From Selaginella moellendorffii (lineage: Eukaryota > Plantae > Lycopodiophyta), in contig NW_003314310.1 in assembly GCF_000143415.4 (NCBI RefSeq), positions 862,611 to 926,610 of the forward strand: a stretch of DNA of 64,000 nucleotides, given 5' to 3'. The notes beneath the pieces were generated by a model. It was not told where the DNA came from, ran no database searches, and worked only from the letters and a program-made list of their open reading frames with translations. Both the position numbers and the translations under genes were made by a program. Positions 50,154-63,155 of this stretch are shown piece by piece; position 1 is the stretch's first letter, and the number at the start of each line of letters is the position of its first letter.

Positions 50154-50759
50154 TAGTGTTCTTAATCCAGCATCACTCTCGCTCGTTGTGATCATTTGAA
50201 GCTGGCCCTCCTCGACATCTTGATTTAGATAGTTCTTATGTTTACTACTATTGTCAAAATTTGTGGGCTGCTGGATCTGGCCAATCAACACCGTCAGATG
50301 TGATGTAACCCGGTAAATATCTGCACCCTTCTGAAATATTTTTGTGAGGTTTTGGGCCGGCCTGTGGGCGTGCGGCATGGCCCAGGCCGGGGGAGGAGGT
50401 GTGAGTGACACCCATCTGCTTGCATGGCCTGGGAGGGATAGAAAAGCTCTCCTTTTTTGCCACAGCTCCTCCTAGCCCCGGGGTTTCTAGGGGAAGCGGG
50501 AGAGGGGGCACCGCCCAGCAGCAAAGATGGATGCCCATGCTCCAGGGTATGTGGAGGAGCGGAGGCAGCCACTGCCCAGCAGCGACAAGGACAGGGGATC
50601 GCTCATGTGTTTTGCTTTTGCAGGGCCACATGACTGTATGTAAGTTAGCATCTATTGGCAGCTCAGCTGGGACAGGTTCAGCAAACCAAGCCCAATGCAA
50701 GCTGTACATCTTTGTGCTCTTTGTTCTCCCTCAACACAGCAAGGAATGCGTGCGTTCTT

Positions 50760-51400
50760 AGTGGAATTCTGCGGTTTCTCGGGTTTTTTCTGGGGCCTCA
50801 CGTCAGAGAAACTCTGGCAGACAGGAAGAATTGACTCAAGAACCAGCTCACTCTGCCGACAAAAGCTACAGCTCTCAGGACAATAGAGTTGATTTTTGGA
50901 AGTGCTGACATCCGAGTGAGCTCAAGAGCTCTGCTGCATGGCTACCTCTTCTATGAGCCTGTGCTGTGGAAGTTCCTGTGCACAACAAGCAGTGACTTTC
51001 GAGGCAGTGCATATGGAGACTCAACCGTGAACTCTAGGCACTGGAAAGGCTGGTGGATGGATGTGGAAGGATTCCAAACTTTTGCATCAGCTCCAGAGCA
51101 CATGACGATCAAGTGGTACATCATTCCAAAGATGGAGTGGCTTTCTTCGGTGGTGATCCAGGAAGACGAGGAGAGCTTTCTCCACAGTGTGCTCAGCAGC
51201 AATGGACTGGTGGATATGGCTGCCAAAGTTGCCAAGGAAGTGAGCAAGATGGACAGGGACAGGATGAGATGCTTCATGGTGATGGAGATTCGTTGGCAAA
51301 GTGATGAGTGTCACTGGATTTGGAGTGACAAGCAGGGGTTTTTATCATCGAGGATTCCTGGCCAGATACCAAAGCTTATAGTCCTCACATCTTTGTTACA
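50760..51400 (+). pseudogene. DUF1853-like gene, C-terminal part, disrupted
   Basis: Across frameshifts and stops: FLGPHVRETLADRK, LCRQKLQLS, SRALLHGYLFYEP, HWKGWW, WYIIPKMEWLS. Motif order matches DUF1853 as recalled. Confidence 0.5.
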
Positions 51401-52135
51401 TCTTGGGGTCCATGAAGCTGGAAAAGAAGAAGAGTGGAAATCCGCTACTCCATCCATATGATGTTCTCAAGATCTTGGAAGATTTCCAATGCTTGGAGAT
51501 GATCACGAGAGTTTGGAAGTTTTCCAAAGATCACAAGAGCTTTGAAGTTTTCCTTTTGCTGTTGGGTCAACCAAAAACTCCCTGTTTTTACAGTTCGAGC
51601 AGCAAAGTTTTTGATCTTTAGGAAAGATTCCACTCGCTGAAACACACTGAAAAAGTCCTCATTATAATGTAATGTGGAGGAATGATGAGCTGGATCCAAA
51701 AGCCAGTGAGGCTCCATGTTCCCACAATTTATACTGGGGCTAGGGTTTTCTCCTCTTTGGGCCAGCATGTGACAGGATGATTCTCCATTCAAGCTTGCAG
51801 ATCTGAGGTGCCACGCTCTTCCACAATTCCTGGGCTGATCAATTGGAGTGCACGCCTTGCAAATCCCAATTTTGTGGAGGAAACATGGTGTTCACAATGA
51901 GGTAGCAAAAATGTAAGTCTTGTGAGAAGACAATATATCAGGTAACACACATCAATTGGCAACACTCAGTTGCATCCAAAAGGTCAGTCTTTATACTGTC
52001 TGTATCCCTTAGTAAAAATATTTTGTTATTTATCTACCCTAATAATTGAAGAAACTGTTGAAATTGAATGCTATTTGACACAAACATACACATTCCACTT
52101 ACAATAATAATGTTGAAGACATTAACCAACACCAA

Positions 52136-53630
52136 TGTAATGCATGTGGTTTTCATCCTTTATCCTATAATGATTTACCATAGAATAACCATGAAGTGGA
52201 ACCTAAACCTTCTATGTGCCATGTGTCACATGCTACATGCCACATGCCATGTGTTCAAGGATAATGGAGTGGACCTCGAGTTTCAAAGCCTTAGGTCATT
52301 AAATGAAAAAACGAAACTAAACTTTTAAGCATGGAGCCAAGGAGTAAAAAAATTGGAGCATAGAGTAACTCCCAAATATACAGCTTAAGGAGTGAAGGGA
52401 TAAAAGCAAGGAGTAACTTAGAACAATCCTATAGCATCCAACATCCCAATGCCAGGACTAACACGCAAAACAAAGCTAAATGAAGTTTGGCACTATTTTA
52501 GCATACTAATGGCTTATGCGAGGATATAGGTACTCCACTAGTTAGCATGGTGTGGAATTTGGGCTTAAACCTAAGCTGAACACAGAACAAAGACAGACAC
52601 ACAAGCAGGAGCTAGACTATACCTCAGGTTAGTCAGCCATACCTGACCCGACTTACCCACTATCCTTACTATACATTTAAAACCCCCCATATCCCCTCTT
52701 CCCTTCCTTCAAGAACACATGTTTTAGGCTTTCACCATTAGTACTAAAAGTTAGTCTCTAGGTCTAACTTGAAACTTACTAAATATGGAATAGTATTAGA
52801 TTGTGAAATTGGACATGATATTAACATCATTGTATTCAGGAAAATCTCTACATTTTATAGATATGCTAAATTAGCAAATCTAGACACTTCCATAAATAGC
52901 AATTGAGACCTAATATGACTAACACATAAGATATGATAGTGAAAGTGTTTGGCACACATGGTAAGCTATCATCTAGCAATATTGAGGGACTAGTCTCAAT
53001 ATGCGAGGGTTCTTGTTAAGCAAAGGTTTTTGTTAAGCCAGTGCAAGATAAAACAAAAGAGAACTAAAAGCCAAGTTGAGTATGCTCAACAAAAAATATA
53101 TAGGAGTTCTTACCTTATGTCCATATAGCTAAGTATAGATGCTAAACCTAGTTTACTAACACTTGAATAATAAAGATTGATAAAGGGTCCAACAATACTA
53201 ACCTCCTACAGTCATGGCAGTAAGGAAAAAATATTCAAAAAGACTAGCCAATAAGTAATTTTTGATACCTATAGTCATATTCACTACACTCTTCCCCCCT
53301 TAGGGAAGATCGACATCTTTATCGACAGATACTCTAGTTTAGATCACTGCCAAGGAAAAAATTCTAGAATTTTTTTTTAATATTCACACTTTCTGAGAAA
53401 TGCATCAACTTAAATAAGTTATGAAGTAACCTCTTTCTCTAATGCAAATGCACTACCAACTTAGACACCTTTCAACTGTCACCAACATAGAAATGACTAA
53501 CAGAGTTAGCCACCTTTGCTACTCTAGATGTCACCCAGCTTACAAAGTGTGATACGCCCTTGCCCACAGGGATATAGAGAGAGAAGCTAGAAGCTTTAAC
53601 CCTCATGAGCAAAGAAACTGAATTTGTTAG
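52136..53630 (-). mobile_element. Decayed family A 3' LTR (53288-52136) with PPT and part of the conserved 3' UTR (53630-53289)
   Basis: Collinear with 39182-40337 and 32272-32610; many C>T and G>A changes. Confidence 0.88.
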
Positions 53631-55253
53631 TGTTGCGAATGTGATTTTGGTCATTGAAAGATACTTATCAGCTAGTCCTTACGGACACTCTCATGTTTGT
53701 CAATTGGTTTCCTTTATAGTTCCTACTTGAGTTAGTTGAGAAATTAGTCAATGCCCTGTACTTAAATCAGATAAACATAAGGTAGGAACTTCTATGTGTT
53801 TCTTGCTGAGTAGACTTAGCTTGGTTTGAGAAACTTTTGTCATTGGTTTGCACTTGTTAGTATCAAGAACCCCTATGATATTGAATCTAGTCCCTTAATA
53901 TCGTTACATGGTAGTTTACCGTGTCCGCTAAACACCCTCGTTATCATGCCCAATATGTTGGTTCCATTTTGGATCCATATACTATTTACGGTCAGTGTCT
54001 AGATCAGCCCAAGAGGCATATCTACGAAATGTAGAGAAACCCTATACTGTTGTTCTTGCTTCTAGAATCCCAATCTAGCACCATTCCATATTTAGTAAGT
54101 TTCACGCTTATCCCAGAGATTAACTCTTGATATTAAGGTATTAAGGGAGGCTTGGGGTGAAAGCCCAAAGCATGTGTTCTTCAAGGGGGCATAGGTGAGA
54201 GGGGCTATAGGGGGCTCCAAATGTATCATAGGGATGGTGGTTGGAATGCATGTCCAACCACCTGAGATATTAGTTTGGCTTCTACTGGGTTGTGTCACTC
54301 TTTATTCTGCATTTGGCTTGGGTCTAAGCTCAAGCTTCATGCTGCTCTAGTTGGTAGAGTACCCTCCTCCTTATATTAAGCCACTGGTATACCAAAATTG
54401 TGCCAGATACTATTTGACATTGTTTTGCATGCAGATGCTGGATACATGGAGTTAGTGCTTGTGGGATTGTACTGGACCCTAGTTTTGTAGCACTGCGGGC
54501 TTGGAGTTCAGCTCCAAATTCAAATGCGCTACATTTGGAATTAAAGGATTTGTCTCAATGATTCCTATCCAAATTTTGTTAGAAATTCTAACTCAAGTTG
54601 CTTATGTAGAGACTTTTCTAGTAAATCTGAAGTGATTTATATAGGATTAATAGGATTGCACCATTTGGTAAAAATGTTGTATGCATGTTTAATTACTGAT
54701 AGAGGCATGCATGCAGCTAGCGAGATGGTGAAAAGGAACTGTGCTGATGATGTTGAAAACTCTAGATGGGCAAATCAAGAGGAGGAAACTCTTGCTAGAG
54801 ATGCTATAGAAGAGGCTGAGGCTGACTTAAAAGAGGAAGAGCTTGATGTTGCAACACTACAGCATACGACTCAAAACATTGAAATCAAGAATTTACAAAG
54901 GGAAGTTCACAAATTGAAGAAGGAGAACAAAAAGAGGAAGAAAGAAATTGAGGCAACTAAGCTAATTAAACCTAAGCAACTAGACTCTTTTTCAAGTTCT
55001 GAGGATGATAAATTTTTACAACTACCCTCAATTGTATGAGTTTCAAAGTTCAAGCTTTCGAAACCACCCAATTTTAGAGGCATATTGGACTATTAGGTTT
55101 TGGAAGACTAGGTCATAATATGGAAAATTATTTTATAGTAGCAGATATAGATGATTGTACAAAAGTTGTGTGCGCACAATCCTTTCTCACCAATGATGCC
55201 AAAACTTCGTGGTGCCAAGTGTGTGCTAAAAAAGGGCAGACTAGAAGTTGGAT
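53631..55253 (+). mobile_element. Truncated family A element: 5' LTR (53631-54533), decayed PBS, leader and gag fragment (54725-~55250)
   Basis: TGTTGCGAATG...GCGCTACA; MVKRNCADDVENSR...LKKENKKRKKEIE is collinear with 26168-26700. Confidence 0.88.
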
Positions 55254-55647
55254 ACTTTGGGCTTTCACCCTAAGCCTCCCTTAGTACCAGGAGTTAGTCT
55301 CTAGAACAAGTATGAAATTTATTAAATATGGAATGGCACTAGATTGTGAATCTAGAAGTAAGAACAACACCATAAGGTTCAAAGCACTCTTTACATTCCG
55401 TAGATATGCCTCTTGCACTAATCTAGACACTAACCATAAATAATACATGGATCCAGAATGGAACCAACATATTGGGCATGATACCAAAGGTGTTTGGTAG
55501 ATACAGTAAGCTACCATGTAATGATATTGAGGAACTAGACTCAATATTGTGGGGGTTTTTGATACTAGCAAGTGTAAACTAATGACAATAGTTTCTCAAA
55601 CTAGGCTAAGTCTACTTAGCAAGAAACATATAAGAATTCCTACCTTG
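55254..55647 (-). mobile_element. Family A LTR fragment
   Basis: Aligns with ~39775-40165. Confidence 0.8.
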
Positions 55648-55649
55648 AT

Positions 55650-58241
55650 TGCCTTTCCCACAATCCATTAGCACCCAACACATTAGTGTTCTTGGCCTAA
55701 CTTTGCCATTTGGATTTTTTTCTATGATTCCCATGACTCTTTTCTTAGCCATTAGTCTTTTGCTCCTATCCTTGATTGTTACACCCAACAATATAGAATC
55801 GTTACCTCCATTCTCAAGATATCCTTTCAGTTCCAAAGCAAGGATTTTGTTTTGCCAAGTCCAAAGGGTATTCACCCCTAATATGTTTCTTTAGCATTTT
55901 TTGCTATGGGCTCTATCCATGACCCACTTTGTGACCCTCTGATGGGTCTCTTATAAATATTACTTTCTTCGGACTCACTATACCATCGCATTGACACAGT
56001 TCATTTTCCTTAAATGTCCTTCCCACTTAGTCATCTTGACCAAGGCACATTATCATCAATAGTTCAAATCAACACTTTGAACTAGGAACCTTATTCTTTA
56101 ACCTCACAAGGACCTTATCTTTATTTTAGTCATAAGATCACCTAGTGATTTAATCTTGACACCTTAATAGGTTTGCCAATAGGTACTAGGTCTTCTAGAT
56201 ATTTGAGTTAATGACCATGACCCCGAGGGCATCCCCCACACTTGGTGATGCGCCCAAGTCAGCCCTTCCGGGCAAGGGTCCATAGCAACTAAGACTGGGT
56301 GTCTCCATCTCATTCACCATGTCCTTGGTGCCACATGCACCAAAGTGTCCAAGTTAGATATGCCAAACTTTCACACTAAGTAAATCTAACTATGCATTAT
56401 AACTCTGGGGCATCCCTTGCTTGGCGGTGTGCCCAAGTTAGTTTCCTTACTAAGAGTCCATGACCACCGAAAAATAAGTGTCCTCATATTCCAAACCATC
56501 ACCCTACCCTAGTGAATTGGGATGTGAACCCAAGCACTAGAGGGTCGAGACTCGAACCTAACCTCCGTATATGCATCTACGGATAGCATCATACAGGATG
56601 CCTGGCGTGACTCCCCACGCTGGTGCACCAATTTATACTTGAAACGCGCTATAAATCACCGTTTAGAAACTTAGTTCTTCCGCACTACCAAGTCCTTTCA
56701 CTTGACATATCTGTGATCATGTATGGATTCCTTCATGCTTGATCTTGGGCCACCCTTTTTGAAGTTAGCACCTTCAACTACGGTATTTTTTCCCTCGACT
56801 TGCCAATCTCATTTAGCAAGTCATTTGGCCAGTAACATGGTTCATGCATAAGTGTAAAAGTCTTTAACTATCGACTTTCGTTCAAAGCCCTTCTTTTGAA
56901 CACTCGGGAATTACTTCCCCAACCTTGATAGCCTTGCCTCATGGCAAGCTTCAAGACCACGTTTTTGCTGCGCCACTTTGATTTTGCGCACTCTAGGAAC
57001 CATTTACACTTGGCTTTCTAAGTACTTATCTACCTAGAATTGTCTTTGGGAACCTTCAAGGAACTTTGTTCTTTAGCTTGCTAAGGCTTCTCCTTTTTGC
57101 AAGCTCTCTAATCACCATATGGTTTAATATGGATAATTCCACATTTTAGACTCTTCATGGCATCACGATTGTTAATAGCAATCCGCTCGAGCACCCATTT
57201 GATTCTCCACTCCTAACTTGCATAGCCACTTTTGGTTATGCTTTTCGATTCCTATGGTTCGGTTCCATCACTTTACTACTTGCTTTTTGGCCTTATATGT
57301 TTCCTTCGGTTATTCTCCTCCAAACTAAAAGGATAGCTTTGCACTTTCTAATATGCCTTAGTAAGTATTTATAGGGATGAACCTACCTGATAGCCTAAGG
57401 AGTGGTTCCTCAATCTGGGTATGCTCACCTTGTAATCCCACACACCAAGATTAACATTGCTACTTATGAGCTTTTATATGCCCATCATTAGCCTTTGCCA
57501 AAATCCTTTTTTGGTTTTGTATAATTTGGGTAGATGGACTTCTCCTGTCTTCACAACCTTGGACGTTTGGATAACATCTCATATCCATTGTTCGCTAAGG
57601 ACTTAGTCCCTTGGGCCTTATCTAATTCCCTCATGACACCAAACACCACTTCCTGGTTTTTGTAAAGTGTTTAGGTATCCTAATGATAGCTTTTTTTGAC
57701 AATAAGCATTCCCTTTATAACATTAACTTACTATATTGCAACATAAGCAATTTATCCCCCTATAAGGGTATATTCAACTTCCTTATCCTAATAAGAAGTA
57801 TTGGGTAGTTACCTTCTATCAGTTTAATTAATTATTTTGCACCTTTTACTTTGTTGCCTTATAATTATCAAGTTCTATAACTCATTGCTGGTGCTTTCAC
57901 ACCTCCATCATTATTTGGGTCACCACACTGCAACTGAATGCCTTCCAGCTTAGGCTATGCCATTCCCATTTCCATTAGTATTCCTTTAGGAAGGGGTTTT
58001 TATGAACCCACCAACTTGACCTCAAAGCATCGCACTTTGGCACATTTAGTGTCTCCACACCATCAGCTCCATGAGTTTACCTTTATGACACTTCTTACTT
58101 GTGTCTAGGTCTTTTCCAAGACCAATACAATCATTTCTTATACGAACTATCCATTAATACTGCACCATATAGTTTACCCACAACTTTGTATCAAAGTTGC
58201 TTTCTTCTGGGAACCTCTTTCCCGCGACTTTAGTATAGCAT
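55650..58241 (-). mobile_element. Non-coding internal region of a family B element
   Basis: 58110-58240 is the reverse complement of 62580-62705, which lies downstream of the family B PBS; no ORFs. Confidence 0.65.
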
Positions 58242-58474
58242 TGTGAGACACAAAATCCCTAGACCCCAAAGTGGAGTTGAAAGGGTGCCATGTGGTAGTG
58301 GCCGAAGCAAAAGCTAAACGAGCGTAACACGTTTGGACTAAAAGGCTCCGACTTGAGAGGTTGAGAGCGGGAGTGGAACTCCCAACGGAGTGCTCAAGGA
58401 ACGAGCATGAAGCAAGCAATAAGCAAGGCTCCAAAAAGTGACCCAAAGGGACCAACACATGACACGTGGAAGTG

Positions 58475-58952
58475 TCCGAGATGGACCCAAAGTGGAGTTC
58501 GAGATGGACCCGAAGTGGAGCCCGAGATGGACCCGAGATGGAGTCCGAAGTGGAGCTCGAGATGGAGTCCGAGATAGAGTCCGAGGTGGACCGAGATGGA
58601 GTCCGAGATGGAGTCCGAGATGGAGTCTGAGGTGGACCGAGACGGAGTCCAAGATGGAGTTCGAGATGGAGTCCGAGGTGGACCGAGACGGAGTCCGAGA
58701 TGGAGTCCGAGGCAGACCGAGACGGAGTCTGAGATGGAGTCCGAGATGGACCTGAGATGGAATCCGAGATGGAGTCCGAGAAGGACCGGAGATGGAGTCT
58801 GAGGTCGAGACCGAGACCGAGACCGAGACCGGGACCAGGACTGGGACCGAGACCGAGACCGAGACCGAGGCCGAGGCCGAGTCCGGGTCCGAGTCCAAGT
58901 CCGAGTCCGAGTCCGAGTCCGAGTCCGAGTCCGAGTCTGAGTTCGAGTCTGA
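58475..58952. repeat. Minisatellite in LTR B (GAGATGGAGTCC-type 11/12-mers, then GAGACC/GAGTCC hexamers)
   Basis: Direct tandem arrays. Confidence 0.95.
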
Positions 58953-59756
58953 GAGGGTGAAAGCCCAAAGCATTCGTCTCCCAGACCCTGGGGGGTTTGG
59001 TGAGCTCCAAAAGTATAGTAAGGGGGAGGATTGCAGTGGAGCCAGTTTGGCCAGGAAAGGCTAGTTTGGCCCAGAGAGGCTGCACCCAGTGTTGGGTGAT
59101 GAGCTGACCACTGGGAAGTCCAAGACTAGAGTGAACACGGACCGACAAGCGGGGTAGCTTGGTGAAGTGTTCAAGAGCCGGCTCTAGTTCCCCCGGGAGA
59201 TTGTCTGGCCAATGCTCCTAGTCCAAGTGTGGGTGGCACTACCTACTTGGATACCTAGTGTGGCTCAATGGAACCTCGCTCTAAGCCCATGGCTAGAGCA
59301 CCTAAAGGCGAAAGGCAGGGAGAGTACCCACGAGGCCCGCGTAGGGCCACGGTGTTCCGAAATGTCGTCCCAAAGTCCCAGACTGTGGAAAGGAAGAGGA
59401 GTAGTCCTCTAGTGTGGTGACCAAGGACACGGTCACACAGGGAGGAAGTCCTAGAGGACAGTGGGACTTAGTGGTCGGGCCCGTGGGCCTTGATCCAGTG
59501 GTAGTGTTGGCGAGCACGGCCAAGGACGAAAATAGACTTGGTGGGGATTGGAACGGAGACATTGGAGAAGGCTAATCCCTATGTCTGCGGGCATCCTAAG
59601 GATGCTAAGGAGCGGATCTGGGATGATCACCCATGGATGGATGGCCCAGTCTTTGAGTGACGGGACTGGGATGCAGTGGTGTCAGACCATCGTTGTGACC
59701 AAGGTGAATGGACATGGCCTTAGCATAACAGGCTGATATGTTGGTGGTACCTTGGG

Positions 59757-61545
59757 TGTGAGACACAAAATCCCTAGGCCCCAAAGTGGAGCCGAAAGGG
59801 TGCCATGTGGTGGTGGCCAGAGCAAAAACCAAACGAGCGTAACACGTTTGGACTAAAAGCCCCGACTTAAAAGGTCGAGAGCGGGAGTGGAACTCCCAAC
59901 AAAGGGCTCGAGGAACAAGCACGAAGCGAGCAATAAGCGAGGCTCCAAAAAGAGACCCAAAAGGACCAACACATGACACGTGGAAGTGGAGTCCGAGATG
60001 GACCCGAGTTGGAGTCCGAAGTGGAGTCGGAGATGGACCCGAGTTGGAGTCCGAAGTGGAGTCTGAGATGGACCCGAGTTGGAGTCCGAAGTGGAGTCTG
60101 AGATGGACCCGAGTTGGAGTCCGAAGTGGAGTCCGAGATGGACCCGAGTTGGAGTCCGAAGTGGAGTCCGAGATGGACCCGAGATGGAGTCCGAGATGGA
60201 GTCCGAGATGGACCCGAGATGGAGTCCGAGATGGAGTCCGAGGTGGACCCGAGATGGACCCGAGATGGAGTCCGAGATGGAGTCCGAGGTGGACCCGAGA
60301 TGGACACGAGATGGAGTCCGAGATGGAGTCCGAGATGGACCCGAGATGGAGTCCGAGATGGAGTCCGAGATGGACCCAAGATGGAGTCCGAAGTCGAGAC
60401 CGAGACCGCGACCGAGACCAGGACCGAGACCGAGACCGAGACCGGGACCGAGACCGGGACCGAGGCCGAGGCCGAGACCGAGCCCGAGCTCGAGTCCGAG
60501 TCCGAGTCCGAGTTCGAGTCCGAGTCCGAGTCCGAGTTCGAGTCTGAGAGGGTGAAAGCCCAAAGCGTTCGTCTCCCAGACCCTGGGGGGTTTGGTGAGC
60601 TCCAAAAGTATAGTAATGGGGAGGACTGCAGTGGAGCCAATTTGGCCAGGAAAGGCTAGTTTGGCCCAGGAAGGCTGGACCCAGTGTTGGGTGATGAGCT
60701 GCCCACTGGGAAGTCCAAGACTAGAGTGAACACGGACCGACAAGCGGGGTAGCTTGGTGAAGTGTTCAAGAGCTGGCTCTAGTTCCCCCGGGAGATCGAC
60801 TGGCCGATGCTCCCAGTCCAAGTGTGGGTGGCACTACGTACTTGGATACCTAGCGTGGCTCAACGGAACATCGCTCTAAGCCCATGGCTAGAGCACCTAA
60901 AGGCGAAAGGCGGGGAGAGTACCCATGAGGCTTGCGTAAGGCCACGGTGTACCGAAATGTTGTCCCAAAGTCCCAAACGGTGAAAGAGAAGAGGAGTAAG
61001 CCTCTAATGCAGTGACCAAGGATACGGTCACATGGTGAGGAAGTCCCAAAGGATAGTGGGACTTAGTGGTCGGGCCTGCGGGCCTTGATCCAGTGGCAGT
61101 GTTGGTGAACACGGCCATAGATAGAAAAGGGACTTGGTAGGAACTGACAAAGGGATATTGGGGAAGGCTATTCCCCATGTCTATGGGCATCCTAAGGATG
61201 CTAAGGAGTGGATCTAGGATGACCACTCGTGGACGGATGGCCCAATCTTGGAGAGACGGGATTGTGATGCAAGTGGTATTGGATCACTAGTGCGGCAAAG
61301 GTGAAGGGGCATGGCCTTAGCGTAACGGGCCGATATGTCAGTGGCACCTTGGGGTGTCAGTCATGGGATCGGACACGTGGAGCACTTGGACCAAGTGCAA
61401 AGGTGGAGTGGCACGGAGGCCATTCTTGGGGCTAGCAAGCCCCAAGTCCTAACTGGGACTTATAGAGGTTGTGAAAGAGACTCCTCCAAGTGGTCGGAGG
61501 TGCGGTTAAGTGACTAAAGTAAAATGGAAAATTTAGTCGCTTACA
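59757..61545 (+). mobile_element. Family B solo LTR inserted into a family B LTR; 5-bp TSD TTGGG
   Basis: TTGGG (59752-59756) | TGTGAG...CTTACA | TTGGG (61546-61550). Confidence 0.9.
59988..60548. repeat. Minisatellite in solo LTR B (five 35-mers, then 12-mers, then hexamers)
   Basis: GAGATGGACCCGAGTTGGAGTCCGAAGTGGAGTCN x5 at 59995-60169, followed by shorter units. Confidence 0.95.
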
Positions 61546-63155
61546 TTGGGGTGTCGGTGATGGGATCGGACACATGGAGCACTTGGACCAAGTGCATAGG
61601 TTGAGTGGCGGGGATGCCATTCTCAGGGCTAGTAAGCCCAAGTCCAAAATAGGATTTATGGAGGTTGTGAGTGAGACTCCTCCAAGTGGTCGGAGGTGCG
61701 GTTAAGTGACTAAAGTAAAATGGAAAAATTAGTCGCCTACAACTTGGTATCAGAGCTGTTCCTTAGTTCGACTCTTATTGGTGGCCAAGCATATCACCAC
61801 TTGTATTGGAGTTGGAAGGTCCTAGATATGGACCTATCCTCGAGGAGTAGCATGTCGAGAGGACATGGCTCTCCACTCAAGTTCATGCGTGAACTTGTGC
61901 ACAATGTGGTGGATGGAAGAGGGCCAGTAAGGGAACGACTTTAGGATCTTGGGAACAGTATAAGGGTTTCCTCAGAGAGCTAAGGATGTGATCCAGATGA
62001 GCGTTTGACGCAGCAAACAAGCTAATGTAGTTGTGGTAAACAACTATAGTTGGGATCACGGGAAAGATGCAGACTCCAAAACAATAAAGGAGTCACAAGA
62101 TTACCTTTATATGGTTGAGGCTGGTACTCATAAATTTGAGACTGGAATTGTTGACCGTGGGAGGTCAAATACAGAAGAGGACACCAGTCCTTGAAATGGT
62201 AGCCGGGGTTACCTCTAATAAATGCTGGAACAACCCAAGGAGTTGGGGGTGTACTTAAAGATGAGTTAGTCCTAAGGGGCAAAGGTTAGCCCCAAGAAAA
62301 TTATCAAGTGTCAGAGTAACATTTGCAAAGATTGTCCTTGTGAGTAGGACATGAATACAAGAAATTGTATTCCAATGAGTTGGCACCTCTAAAACTGAGA
62401 CCTCACAGGTTGTTGGATTAGCAAAGTCCAAAATGCTAGATGACTCAAGCAGAGTCAGGGAATGGTCCTAAGGGATTGGTTGGAGCATTTGGACCGAGGT
62501 GTATGGTGCCCCATGAGGTATGGGGAGGATCATAAGATCCAAGTATGAGAACAGTAGGTATCTCATTAATGGTAGAATGTGCCATACTAAAGTTGTGGGA
62601 AATATGTTCCCAGAAGAAAGCAACTTTGGCCCAGAGTTGGGTGCAAACACTATGGTGCGGTGCTAACGGATAGTTAGCATGAGGAACAACTATATTAGTC
62701 TTGAAACTCTATTTCGTTAAAGTGGGAATTGTTATTATCCCACTTGTAAAATAAGGTTTCCAAACCTTTATATAGTATATAAATATAACAAAATTCAACT
62801 GCATTGAGGCACATGCCATTTTATTTTAAACAAGGAAATGTCTACTCAATCACTTCTCCTCCCCCTGCCACTGCTTCACCTCTCTCTTCTCCTTGTCATC
62901 GTCGTCCAATTTCTTTCCATCCTTTTAATATTGGCTCAGTTGCTCCAAGTCTAGGTGGAGCCCAAGTCCCCATTCAATCTTTACTTTCCCCTTATTAATA
63001 AAACAACTTCGTAGACTTCCAATAACATGCTATAACACGCTGTAACACTTCTAGTATAATGCAAATCCTCTCAAAGAATTGTCTTTTAATATTAATACAA
63101 TGGCATGGAACCCCATGCCATAATAAGTTACATTTTTAAATAAATACATGCCATC

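Larger units (their letters stand above)
58242..62710 (+). mobile_element. Family B LTR element: 5' LTR (58242-59756 plus 61551-61741), PBS and non-coding internal sequence
   Basis: TGTGAGACAC...GTCGCCTACA, then ACT, then TGGTATCAGAGC (61745-61756). Confidence 0.85.

Noticed and set aside
50150-50760. GC-richer ORFs at 50.2-50.7 kb, and coding-like patches at 46.3-47.0 kb and 51.6-52.0 kb
   Set aside because: Possibly gene fragments, but no family could be assigned from sequence alone.
58475-60548. Repeat arrays as CRISPR, or the long ORFs across them (e.g. 58174-59148, 59853-60821) as genes
   Set aside because: There are no unique spacers and no cas genes, and the arrays sit inside LTRs. 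The ORFs are open in several frames only because the repeat units lack stops.
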